From Gemmatimonadota bacterium (GTDB lineage: Bacteria > Latescibacterota > UBA2968 > UBA8231): a stretch of 40,284 nt of DNA. Made by a program: the position numbers and the translations under genes. Location of the stretch: contig JAYPJE010000039.1 in NCBI GenBank assembly GCA_038128265.1, positions 1 to 40,284 of the forward strand, given 5' to 3'. Shown piece after piece: positions 22,498 to 31,298 of this stretch. Every line of letters begins with the position of its first letter. Within the stretch, counting starts at the first letter, position 1. The notes beneath the pieces are model-generated. The model was not told the DNA's origin and did no database searches. It saw nothing but the letters and a program-made list of their open reading frames with translations.

Positions 22498-23628
22498 ATG
22501 GATACCCGCACCAGAGAACACATTATTGCTTGGGGCTTTCTAACCCCGGCACTCGTCGTTTTAGTGGCGTTTGGCCTGTTTCCCATCGGCTACGCGTTCT
22601 TTGTCAGCCTGCATAACTGGCGCATAAAGAAGGACGCGTTTGTCGGACTTGAGCACTATGGCCGCATTGTAGGCGATGGGCACAGCGCGCTGTGGTTTGT
22701 CGTGGGCATCGCCCTATTCTGGGCGGTGGCGCAGCTGCGCAAGACGTTGTGCTCTCGCGGCGGGGCGCTGTATAGGGCGTCTTGGATACTCTATGCAGGG
22801 GCAGCTTGGATTCTGCTCAGCTGGGGTCTGAGCGGTCTGCTAGAGACGGGCGATAGTCGCCTATACAACGGCTTCAAAGTAACGTTTTTCTATGCGGCCG
22901 GGACGATACCCATTCAGTTGAGCATCGCCCTGGGTTTGGCCTATCTGCTCTTTAAAAGCCTGCGCGGCAAGAGCGTGTTTCGCGTTCTATTCTTCCTGCC
23001 CTACGTAACGCCGGTTATCGCTTCGGCAGTTGTTTTTCGCACGATTTTCAGCCCACACCCGTCCTCTATGGCCAACCGGTTTTGGGAGTTTTTTGGCTTT
23101 GAGGGGCAGCGATGGCTCTACGAAAGTCGCTCTATCGTGGCCGTTGTGCTGCAGGCGGCCGGAGTCGAGGGCTACCCGGCGTGGATTGACACGGCCTTTC
23201 CCAGCGTGGCTCTCGTGTCCATCGTGCTTTACAACATTTGGGTATACGTCGGCTACGACACGGTTATTTTGCTGGCCGGCCTCAGCGCTATTCCGCAGCA
23301 CTATTATGAAGCCGCTGAGATCGATGGGGCCAACAGTTGGCAAGTATTTCGCCACATCACGCTGCCCCTTGTTTCGCCCACCCTGTTTTTCCTCTCTATG
23401 ATCGCCGTCATCGGTACCTTCAAGGCGTTTAACCACATCTATATCCTGCGCACACCCGGCGCACGCGACAGCGTCGACGTGCTGAGTATTGCCATCTTTG
23501 ATCAAATATTTGAGTTCCACAACGCCGGCTATGCGTCGGCCATGGCGTTTGTGCTCTTTGTCGCCATTCTCGGGCTGACCTTTCTGCAAAACAGGGCACT
23601 TGGAAAGCGCGTGTTCTATGGCGACTAG
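22498..23628 (+). CDS. Carbohydrate ABC transporter permease (CUT1, MalF/UgpA-like)
   Basis: FLTPAL, FFLPYVTP, EAA loop YYEAAEIDGANSWQVFRHITLPL, GYASAMA. Confidence 0.93.
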   Translation: MDTRTREHIIAWGFLTPALVVLVAFGLFPIGYAFFVSLHNWRIKKDAFVGLEHYGRIVGDGHSALWFVVGIALFWAVAQLRKTLCSRGGALYRASWILYAGAAWILLSWGLSGLLETGDSRLYNGFKVTFFYAAGTIPIQLSIALGLAYLLFKSLRGKSVFRVLFFLPYVTPVIASAVVFRTIFSPHPSSMANRFWEFFGFEGQRWLYESRSIVAVVLQAAGVEGYPAWIDTAFPSVALVSIVLYNIWVYVGYDTVILLAGLSAIPQHYYEAAEIDGANSWQVFRHITLPLVSPTLFFLSMIAVIGTFKAFNHIYILRTPGARDSVDVLSIAIFDQIFEFHNAGYASAMAFVLFVAILGLTFLQNRALGKRVFYGD

Positions 23629-24463
23629 GCACAAGCTGCGCGGCCGTCCATATCTGGTATACGCCGGTCTCTGTCTGGGCGCCGTTGCCGCCGCCCTGCC
23701 CTTTGCGTGGATGCTGCTGGCATCGTTTATGACGCGCGGCGAGACCCTGCGCAGGGTATTCACCCCCGAGAGCCTGCAGTGGGCCAATTACCAGCAGGCG
23801 TGGAGCGAGGCCGACTTCGGACTCTATTTTGAGAACTCGCTCATCGTCGCCGTGCTGCAGGTGGTGGGCACGCTGTTTTTCTCTCTGCTGGCGGCGTATC
23901 CGCTGGCGCGCATGGAATTCCGCGGCCGGGACACGGTTTTCGCCGGGATCCTCGCGACGCTGATGATCCCCGAGACCGTGACGATGGTGCCCAACTTTCT
24001 CACGATTACCTGGCTGCATCGGGCCACGCCCTTTGCTTGGCTCAACAGTTGGCCGGCCTTGACCATTCCCTTTATGGCTAGCGCGTTTAGTATTTTCTTG
24101 CTACGCCAGTTTATGCGCGGCGTGCCCAACGATCTGTGGGAAGCAGCGCGCATCGACGGAGCCGGGCACGTGCGCTTCCTGTTTCAGATCATGCTGCCCC
24201 TGTGTCGCGCACCGTTGCTGACGGTGGGCATGTTCACGTTTATTGGCTCGTGGAACTCGTTGGCCTGGCCCCTGCTGGTCACGAATACGCCCGACTGGCG
24301 GCCCATATCGGTGGGGCTGCAGCAATTTGTCAGCGAAGCCGGGGCCGAAGTGCACCTGCAGATGGCCGGTGCAATGATTGCAACGCTGCCGGTGCTGCTA
24401 ACCTACTTTCTCATACAAAAAGAGTTTACAGAGGGCATTTCCATGTCTGGACTCAAAGGGTAA
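23618..24463 (+). CDS. Carbohydrate ABC transporter permease (MalG/UgpE-like)
   Basis: YFENS, AAYPLAR, FLLRQF, WEAARIDGA, SWNSLAWPL, EGISMSGLKG. ATG 23618 overlaps the upstream gene. Confidence 0.93.
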   Translation: MATRHKLRGRPYLVYAGLCLGAVAAALPFAWMLLASFMTRGETLRRVFTPESLQWANYQQAWSEADFGLYFENSLIVAVLQVVGTLFFSLLAAYPLARMEFRGRDTVFAGILATLMIPETVTMVPNFLTITWLHRATPFAWLNSWPALTIPFMASAFSIFLLRQFMRGVPNDLWEAARIDGAGHVRFLFQIMLPLCRAPLLTVGMFTFIGSWNSLAWPLLVTNTPDWRPISVGLQQFVSEAGAEVHLQMAGAMIATLPVLLTYFLIQKEFTEGISMSGLKG

Positions 24464-24467
24464 TACA

Positions 24468-25787
24468 ATGCATATAACGATCGCTTTTTGCACCGCATTT
24501 CTATTGGCCGTATGGGGCTGTGGAGGCCAAGATACATCCGCGCCGCCGGTTCAGCCGGTCAGTCTGGAGGAACTCGATCCTAGTGGCCAGGAAGTCGTTT
24601 TTTGGTATCAGCACACGCGCGAGCGCGAAACGGCGCTCGAGGAGCTCATCGCTGAATACAACGCGACCAATCCACACGGGATCGTCGTCAAAGGCGAGTA
24701 CGCCGGTAGCTACGGTGATATATACAACAAGATGGTTGTGGGCATTCAAGGCGATGCGCTACCCAGCCTTGTAGTGGCCTATCAGAACCAGGCGATGGCC
24801 TACTACCGCGACGGAGGGGTCGTCGATATCGAACCCTATATGAACTCTCCGAAGTGGGGCTTTTCGTCCGAGGACCGAAAGGACTTTGTCGAGGCCTTTA
24901 TAAAACAGGATTTCATAGGCGGTGCCCAGGTGGGCTTTCCGCCCAACCGCTCGTTGGAGGTATTCTACTACAACGCGGACTGGCTGGCCGAGTTGGGCTA
25001 CAGCGAGCCGCCGCGCACCTGGGAAGAGTTTGCCCAACTGTGCCGCTTAGCAGTGGAAAAGCCCTTTAGTCGCAGCGAGAACAAGGAGCGCAGCTTGGGC
25101 TTCCTCATAGAAGCCGATGCCAGTCGCTTGGCATCGCTGGTTTTTGCGCGCGGGGGCGATTTAGCCGATGCCTCGGGGTCTGCCTACACGCTCGATACGC
25201 CGGTCGTGCGCAGCGCGCTGTCTTTGCTGCGCACCCTGCTGCAGGAAGGCGCCATCGAACTGATGGGAGAAGACTACGGTGACCAGCGCGAATTTGCTGC
25301 GGGACAAGTGCTTTTTATGCTGCGTTCATCGTCTGGGTTGCCCTTTGTCGTCAGCGCCGTCGAAGACGGCTCTAATTTCTCCTGGAGCGTGACGTACCCG
25401 CCCAAAGAGGTAGCCGAGCCCGTCGTTAACGTCTATGGCGCGAGCGTTTCGCTGTGCAAGACGAATCCACAGCAGCAGCTGGCGGCCTGGCTCTTTATCA
25501 AGTGGTTTACAGAGCCGGCCCAGCAGGCCCGTTGGGTGCGGGCGAGCAACTACTTTCCGGTGCGGCGCAGCACCGCCAGCGAGCTGGGTGACTACTTTGA
25601 AAAGAATCCGCGCTATCAGGCTGCCTACGAGCTGCTCGACTACGGCAAGTCCGAGCCCTCAATATCGAGCTACCAGCAGGTGCGCCGCATGATACAGGAA
25701 GCGATGGTTGAAATCGTAGAAGGGGGCGATATAGACCGCGCGCTAGCGGACCTGCAGCAGGCGGCTAATCGGACGGTATACGAGTAA
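24468..25787 (+). CDS. ABC transporter substrate-binding lipoprotein (UgpB-like)
   Basis: Lipobox-like VWGC, EYNATNP, YYNADWL..PPRTWEE, AAWLFIKWF, NYFPVR. Confidence 0.9.
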   Translation: MHITIAFCTAFLLAVWGCGGQDTSAPPVQPVSLEELDPSGQEVVFWYQHTRERETALEELIAEYNATNPHGIVVKGEYAGSYGDIYNKMVVGIQGDALPSLVVAYQNQAMAYYRDGGVVDIEPYMNSPKWGFSSEDRKDFVEAFIKQDFIGGAQVGFPPNRSLEVFYYNADWLAELGYSEPPRTWEEFAQLCRLAVEKPFSRSENKERSLGFLIEADASRLASLVFARGGDLADASGSAYTLDTPVVRSALSLLRTLLQEGAIELMGEDYGDQREFAAGQVLFMLRSSSGLPFVVSAVEDGSNFSWSVTYPPKEVAEPVVNVYGASVSLCKTNPQQQLAAWLFIKWFTEPAQQARWVRASNYFPVRRSTASELGDYFEKNPRYQAAYELLDYGKSEPSISSYQQVRRMIQEAMVEIVEGGDIDRALADLQQAANRTVYE

Positions 25788-25968
25788 TCACCCATTTCGT
25801 CAGCGCTGTTGGCCGCTCTTCCCCAGCCGGCGCAGCAGCGGTCATGCGCGCATAGCCGACTGCAACAGGCTGCCGTGTAGAGCGGGGGCCTGCGGAGCAT
25901 GCTCCCAACGTGCGCAGCCCTAAACGGAGCTGGACGTCCTCACGGTTGTAAAAGAGAAAGGTCAGCCG

Positions 25969-27321
25969 ATGTCGGAATCGCTCAAAAAGCCCAATGTCAT
26001 AGTCTTTTTTACCGACCAGCAGCGCTGGGACACGAGCGGCTTGCACGGCAATCCGATGGGGCTGACACCCAACCTGGATCGCCTGGCGCGTCAGCACACG
26101 CACGTCGCCCACTCCTTTACCTGCCAGCCGGTATGTGGCCCGGCGCGCTCCTGTCTGCAAACGGGCCTCTACGCGACGACAACGGGCTGCTACCGCAATG
26201 CGATTCCCCTGCCCGAGGACAGCCACACGCTGGCCCACTCCTTTGCCGATGCGGGCTACCAGACGGGGTATATAGGCAAGTGGCACCTCTACGATCGGGA
26301 GGCTAAGGGAGCTGTTCCTGCTACCCATCGCTTCGGTTACCAGCACTGGCTGGCGTCTAACGTGCTTGAATTCACCTCCGATGCCTACGACACCGTGCTC
26401 TACGACACCGACGAGAACGAGGTGCGCTTGCCGGGCTATCGCGTCGATGCGGTAACCGATGCGGTCATTCGCTACGTCGACGGGCACAAGGATGCCCCGT
26501 TTTTTCTCTTCGTCTCCTATATTGAGCCGCATCACCAGAACCACATCGACGACTATCCACCGCCCGACGGCTATCGCGAAGCCTATACCGGCGGCTGGGT
26601 GCCTCCCGATCTGGCGACGCTAGGCGGCTCGACGCACCAGCACCTAGGCGGCTACTACGGCATGGTTAAGCGGCTTGACGAAGCGTACGGCCGACTGCAC
26701 GACGCGCTCAAGAGCCTCCGTCTGGACGGGGATACTATCGTGCTGTTTACCTCCGATCACGGCTGTCACTTTAAGACGCGCAACGGCGAGTATAAACGCT
26801 CCTGCCACGACAGCTCCATTCGCGTGCCAACCGTCTTTACTGGGCCCGGCTTTGAGGGGGGCGGACAGCTGCAAGAGCTGGTTAGCCTGATCGACCTGCC
26901 GCCGACGCTGCTCGATGCGGCCGGGCTTGCAGTACCCGAACAAATGCAGGGGCGCTCGTTGATGCCGCTGCTCGGCGGTGCCGCCGCCGAGTGGCCGGAA
27001 GAGGTTTTCGTGCAGATAAGCGAGGCGCAGACGGGTCGGGCCGTGCGCACAAAGCGCTGGAAGTACGGCGTCGACGCGCCGGATGAAAGCGGACCGGGCG
27101 CAGCTACCTACGTTGAACAATACCTGTATGACCTGCAAGCCGACCCCTACGAGCTGAACAACTTGGTTGGGTTGACCTCGCACGCCGGCGTTGCCGAGGT
27201 GATGTCTCAGCGCCTGCTTCGGCGCATGCGCGAGGCGGGTGAAAGCGAACCGGAAATCAGGCGTGCCGAAGAGCGGCGTGCGGGGCAGCGCACGGTGAGC
27301 ACGGCCGAGGCGCACCAGTAG
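25969..27321 (+). CDS. Formylglycine-dependent sulfatase
   Basis: PNVIVFFTDQQR, CGPARSCLQTG (CxPxR), GYIGKWHL, FTSDHG, LYDLQADPYELNNL. Confidence 0.93.
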   Translation: MSESLKKPNVIVFFTDQQRWDTSGLHGNPMGLTPNLDRLARQHTHVAHSFTCQPVCGPARSCLQTGLYATTTGCYRNAIPLPEDSHTLAHSFADAGYQTGYIGKWHLYDREAKGAVPATHRFGYQHWLASNVLEFTSDAYDTVLYDTDENEVRLPGYRVDAVTDAVIRYVDGHKDAPFFLFVSYIEPHHQNHIDDYPPPDGYREAYTGGWVPPDLATLGGSTHQHLGGYYGMVKRLDEAYGRLHDALKSLRLDGDTIVLFTSDHGCHFKTRNGEYKRSCHDSSIRVPTVFTGPGFEGGGQLQELVSLIDLPPTLLDAAGLAVPEQMQGRSLMPLLGGAAAEWPEEVFVQISEAQTGRAVRTKRWKYGVDAPDESGPGAATYVEQYLYDLQADPYELNNLVGLTSHAGVAEVMSQRLLRRMREAGESEPEIRRAEERRAGQRTVSTAEAHQ

Positions 27322-27375
27322 AGGAGATGGCGTGGGCGTTCGGCGCCTTACGCTCATCGCATCCGATGGGGAGGA

Positions 27376-28797
27376 TTGACTTTGGAAACGCAACACTTTG
27401 ACCTGGTAGTTATCGGAGCGGGACCGGCTGGTCAAAAAGGAGCTATTCAGGGAGCAAAGGCCGGCAAGAAAGTCGCTCTAATCGATCGCATGGGCATGCT
27501 GGGAGGCGCTTGTTTGCACCAGGGGACGATTCCCTCAAAAGCGCTGCGTCTGGCTATTCTGGACATGACGGGCTTTCACCTGAAAGCGTATTTTGGCGAC
27601 GATAAGCACCACGAAAAAATCTCGATAAAGGAGCTACAGGATCGCCTTAACCGGGTGATTGTCGACCAAAACAGCGAGCTGGAACGGCAGTGCGAGGGCA
27701 ATGATGTGCAAGTGCTCTACGGTTCGGCCCGCTTTGTTGATTCGCACCGGATCGACGTGCTGGACGAGCGCGGTCAGGTTAAGCAGCAGGTTTCGGCCGA
27801 CTACGTGCTTCTCGCCACGGGTTCCAGCCCTCGTCACCCGATCGAAGTGCCCAAGGACGACAAGGTCTTTATGGATTCGGACCAGGTTTTCCGCATGGAC
27901 AAAATGCCGGAGCGGCTGATCGTAGTTGGTGGCGGAGTCATCGGCTGCGAGTATGCCACGATGTTTGCCGCGCTGGGCACGGAGGTCATCTTAATGGATC
28001 GGCGCACGGGCATCGTTCGCATGCTCGACGAAGAAATTGGCCAGCTATTTGCCCAACACCTGGGTGAGATCGGCGTCGATCTGCGGCTAGGTCAGAAGAT
28101 TAAAGAACTGCGTCACAGCGCCGACGGTCAGGCCCAAGTGCTCATGGAAGACGGTGAAACCGTCACGGCCCCCGTTCTGTTCTACTCTATGGGACGCATC
28201 GCCAACGTCGAGGGGCTCAACTTGGAAGCGGTCGGTGTGGAGCGGAACGAGCTGGGCAATATTGCCGTCAACTCCCTCTTCCAAACGACCTGTCCGCACA
28301 TATACGCGGCCGGTGACGTCATTGGCCCGCCGGGTCTTGCCTCCACATCGATGGAGCAAGGGCGCCTGGCCGTGCGCAATGCCTTTCTACTGAAGAGCCA
28401 CCACTTTCCCGAGGTTTTTCCCTTCGGCATTTACTGCATACCGGAAATTTCCAGCGTGGGAGCTACCGAGCAGGAGCTGGGTGAAAAGGGCGTGCACTAC
28501 GAGGTAGGGCGAGCCCGCTATCGCGAAATTGCGCGCGGACCCATGGCCGGCGATACCACGGGATTGATCAAAATCCTATTTCACGCGGAGACGCTCGAGC
28601 TATTGGGCGTGCACATTATTGGCACCAACGCAACCGAGATTATTCCAATCGGTCATATGGCGATTAACTTCCGCGTCAAAATCGACTATTTCATCGATCA
28701 GATTTTTAACTATCCGACCTTTGCGGAAGGGTTTCGCATCGCCGCGCTCAACGGCCTAAACAAAGTGCAGACTTCTCTGGGACACGATTCGGTGTAA
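27376..28797 (+). CDS. sthA: Soluble pyridine nucleotide transhydrogenase
   Basis: GAGPAGQKGA, GGACLHQGTIPSK (one Cys only), GGGVIGCEYA, LASTSMEQGR, GIYCIPEIS, FNYPTFAE..RIAALNGLN. Confidence 0.88.
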   Translation: MTLETQHFDLVVIGAGPAGQKGAIQGAKAGKKVALIDRMGMLGGACLHQGTIPSKALRLAILDMTGFHLKAYFGDDKHHEKISIKELQDRLNRVIVDQNSELERQCEGNDVQVLYGSARFVDSHRIDVLDERGQVKQQVSADYVLLATGSSPRHPIEVPKDDKVFMDSDQVFRMDKMPERLIVVGGGVIGCEYATMFAALGTEVILMDRRTGIVRMLDEEIGQLFAQHLGEIGVDLRLGQKIKELRHSADGQAQVLMEDGETVTAPVLFYSMGRIANVEGLNLEAVGVERNELGNIAVNSLFQTTCPHIYAAGDVIGPPGLASTSMEQGRLAVRNAFLLKSHHFPEVFPFGIYCIPEISSVGATEQELGEKGVHYEVGRARYREIARGPMAGDTTGLIKILFHAETLELLGVHIIGTNATEIIPIGHMAINFRVKIDYFIDQIFNYPTFAEGFRIAALNGLNKVQTSLGHDSV

Positions 28798-28828
28798 TGG
28801 GAGGAAGCGGTACAGAAGGCAGGAAGAC

Positions 28829-28867
28829 GCGGGCCCCGAGCAGCGGTATATTTTGCTCGGGGCCCGC
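28829..28867. terminator. Hairpin between convergent sthA and the XRE regulator
   Basis: Perfect 14-bp stem GCGGGCCCCGAGCA/TGCTCGGGGCCCGC with no clear U-tract. Confidence 0.6.
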
Positions 28868-28872
28868 CGCTA

Positions 28873-30021
28873 TTATGCGTTGATAAGACGGCGTTGGTTG
28901 TCTATTTGGTCTCGCAGCGACTGCATTTGGGTGAGGCGCTTGACGATGAGCGATATGGGCTGAGCCATTTGCACTAGCATGTCGGTTAGCACCTTGAGTC
29001 GCACGCTATTTCCCTTGGAAATTCCGATGCCGAGCGTTCCCTGCTCAAAAGGAACGTCAATCAGCAGGTCGGGATGGTAGTTCGCACTCAGCGGGGTGTT
29101 GGCTACCATGTCGGCGAAGTCTCTGTCAACGCCTCGTTCCCAAATCATGTTGCGCTGCCAGTGGCTAAACAGGCCGCGCACGGGTGGGTGCTGGTCGAGC
29201 GACTTCTGCAGGGGAACGACTTCGCCAAATGAGCGATAGCCCTTGGAGTCCGGCAGGGCGTGGTGCGATGTGAGCAGGTCTTTGCCCTCGTCGATGACGT
29301 GGATAGAAACGGCATCGAACGTCATCCCCATATCGTCGATTTCGTCGCTTAGAATGCGCGCCACTTTAACGAGGTCGGACGTGGACTCAGCTTCCAAGCC
29401 AGCTTGCATTATACGCATTACCGTTTGCTCGCACCGGCGCGTCGTCGTATCGCGCACGACAACCACGCGAATCTCGTCGCTTAAGTGGTGACCTCTTATC
29501 TCCGCAGGAAACGTGGTCCCGTCTTTGCGCACAAGTAGGCTTTCATACGCATCGATGGCTCTGTTGTTTACCATGCGCTGTGCGAGCGGACGCGACCGTG
29601 CGGCAGAGATCAGCTCAAAGCCGTTTTGGCCCAATAGCTCCTCTTTGCGGTAGCCCAGCATATCGGCCATTCTCTGGTTGACGTAAAGGATGCGCCCGTT
29701 TTCGTGCAGGGCGACGGGATCGATCGAATCGATGATTTGCCGAAAGCGCTCTTCGCGCAGTCCCGACAAACCGGGAATGGAATCCAAACTGCTAGCGGGG
29801 CCGGGGATTTCGGCAAAAACTTCGGGGTCGCCCATGAGAAAGTCGACGGAGACGCCTAGCGCATCGGCCAGATTTTTGAGCGCGGCCGATCGCAGCTGGC
29901 GCACCCGGCCCGTCTCGATGCGCGAGATGGTTGCCTGCGAAACGCCCGACAGCGATGAGAGGGCTTTCTGATTGAGCGATTGTTTTTGGCGCAGCGCCTT
30001 TAGTGTTCTGCCAAGGGGCAT
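28873..30021 (-). CDS. XRE-family HTH regulator with PAS and probable GAF-like domain
   Basis: LKALRQKQSLNQKALSSLSGVSQATISRIETG..LADALGVSVDFL (HTH_3), GRILYVNQRMADMLGYRKEELLG..RKDGTTFPAEI (PAS), C-terminal GAF-like region and coiled coil. Confidence 0.85.
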   Translation of the reverse strand: MPLGRTLKALRQKQSLNQKALSSLSGVSQATISRIETGRVRQLRSAALKNLADALGVSVDFLMGDPEVFAEIPGPASSLDSIPGLSGLREERFRQIIDSIDPVALHENGRILYVNQRMADMLGYRKEELLGQNGFELISAARSRPLAQRMVNNRAIDAYESLLVRKDGTTFPAEIRGHHLSDEIRVVVVRDTTTRRCEQTVMRIMQAGLEAESTSDLVKVARILSDEIDDMGMTFDAVSIHVIDEGKDLLTSHHALPDSKGYRSFGEVVPLQKSLDQHPPVRGLFSHWQRNMIWERGVDRDFADMVANTPLSANYHPDLLIDVPFEQGTLGIGISKGNSVRLKVLTDMLVQMAQPISLIVKRLTQMQSLRDQIDNQRRLINA

Positions 30022-30220
30022 TTGGGTTCTCCCGTCATTGGATAGGCTTTGGTAAGCAATTATGCGCGTAAGTGCGCGTATTTTTCACAGCAGTGTATCA
30101 GTATTCCCACACATAGAATGTAATGAAAAATGTAATAATCAAAAGAAGTCTATTATGCACAATGACAACGCGGGCGCATGCATACGTTGCGTTAAAGGAT
30201 ATGAAGCACCCCGGCGGTTG

Positions 30221-30249
30221 TTGACGGATTTGTAATCATTGCGTAAGAT
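30221..30249 (+). promoter_or_regulatory. sigma70 promoter of the AraC-type regulator
   Basis: TTGACG-N17-TAAGAT. Confidence 0.7.
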
Positions 30250-30317
30250 ATGCCCCGGGGTCGGTGTGGGACTACTGTGTCCGCGCCGGCCTTTCTCTTT
30301 TGGGCCAAGAAGAGAAA

Positions 30318-31076
30318 ATGAACTGTATGTTAGCGAACGGGAAGCAGGACGGGTTGACGGCAGTTGGAGTACAGGGCGGATACGTCCTGCTTTGGGTTGG
30401 AGCGAAAGCGGGCGGGTGGGATGTGGCCGACTTTGTCGCGCACGGCTATCACGTGGAAACGGTGACGGGCTACCGCGAGGCGCGTGCCCTGGTTCAAAAA
30501 GGCCGCTACGACGTATTGCTCTTGGACCTTTCTGTCTCGCACGATCATGGGTTGAGGAACTTGCGTCGCCTAAAAGAGCTGGACAACGGGTTGGATGTCA
30601 TCGCCGTAAACGGCGAGGCGTCCATAGACAGGGCAGTGCAGACGATCAAGGCGGGTGCTTGGGACTATTTGCCCTACCCGCTTTGCGTAGAGAAGCTGGC
30701 AGAGAAACTATCCGAACGGCGCCGTGCCGCGTCCAGTGCGCCGCCGAGCGATCCCGTTGTAAACTACATTCGCGAACACGCTACGGCCATCAGCACGCGC
30801 GCGGAAGTCGCCCTGCGCTTTGGTTTGAGTTCCGACACGGTGTCCAGTCGGGTGCGCGTAGCTACGGGCAAGACATTTGTCGAATTTCTCCACGCCAGCC
30901 GCCTAGAAGAGGCGCGTCGGCTGTTGGAAACAACGGCTCTAAACGTGTCTCAGGTGGCGGCGCGCGTTGGTTTCAGCACGTCTCAGCACTTCGCGCGCAT
31001 TTTTCGTCGTTACAGCGGGTTGTCACCTGCGCGCTACCGCTTACAGAGACGGGCGAAAAAAAACGGCTCGTCCTGA
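30318..31076 (+). CDS. AraC-family regulator with N-terminal atypical receiver domain
   Basis: YDVLLLDL..AVQTIKAGAWDYL (REC-like) and TGKTFVEFL..RLEEARRLL..VAARVGFSTSQHFARIFRRYSGLSPARYR (AraC). Start uncertain (30264 or 30318). Confidence 0.88.
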   Translation: MNCMLANGKQDGLTAVGVQGGYVLLWVGAKAGGWDVADFVAHGYHVETVTGYREARALVQKGRYDVLLLDLSVSHDHGLRNLRRLKELDNGLDVIAVNGEASIDRAVQTIKAGAWDYLPYPLCVEKLAEKLSERRRAASSAPPSDPVVNYIREHATAISTRAEVALRFGLSSDTVSSRVRVATGKTFVEFLHASRLEEARRLLETTALNVSQVAARVGFSTSQHFARIFRRYSGLSPARYRLQRRAKKNGSS

Positions 31077-31253
31077 GTCGAGCGCGCAATCAGATACAGG
31101 TTTCGTTTTTAGACACGTAATTATGCTTGTGTGTTCGCCCATTATTTCACAGTTTCAAAAGGCGTCAAATGACCACCTCTAAAGGGCCCCACCAGAGGCT
31201 GCCGCAAGGCGAGAAGGCGGTGTGGGGAGGTTGGTTTTACGGCTGGTTACAAG

Positions 31254-31285
31254 GGTCGCTCCATGGTAATGGAGCGGCCTTTTTT
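31254..31285 (+). terminator. Intrinsic terminator 13 nt upstream of rlmKL
   Basis: GGTCGCTCCAT-GGTA-ATGGAGCGGCC followed by TTTTTT. Confidence 0.85.
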
Positions 31286-31298
31286 GCGTTGAGGCCCT

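Noticed and set aside
31160..31250. c-di-GMP-I or another known riboswitch
   Set aside because: It lacks the GGCAAA..GACGCAAA..CTAA pattern and I recognise no other aptamer consensus. Kept only as an unassigned structure.
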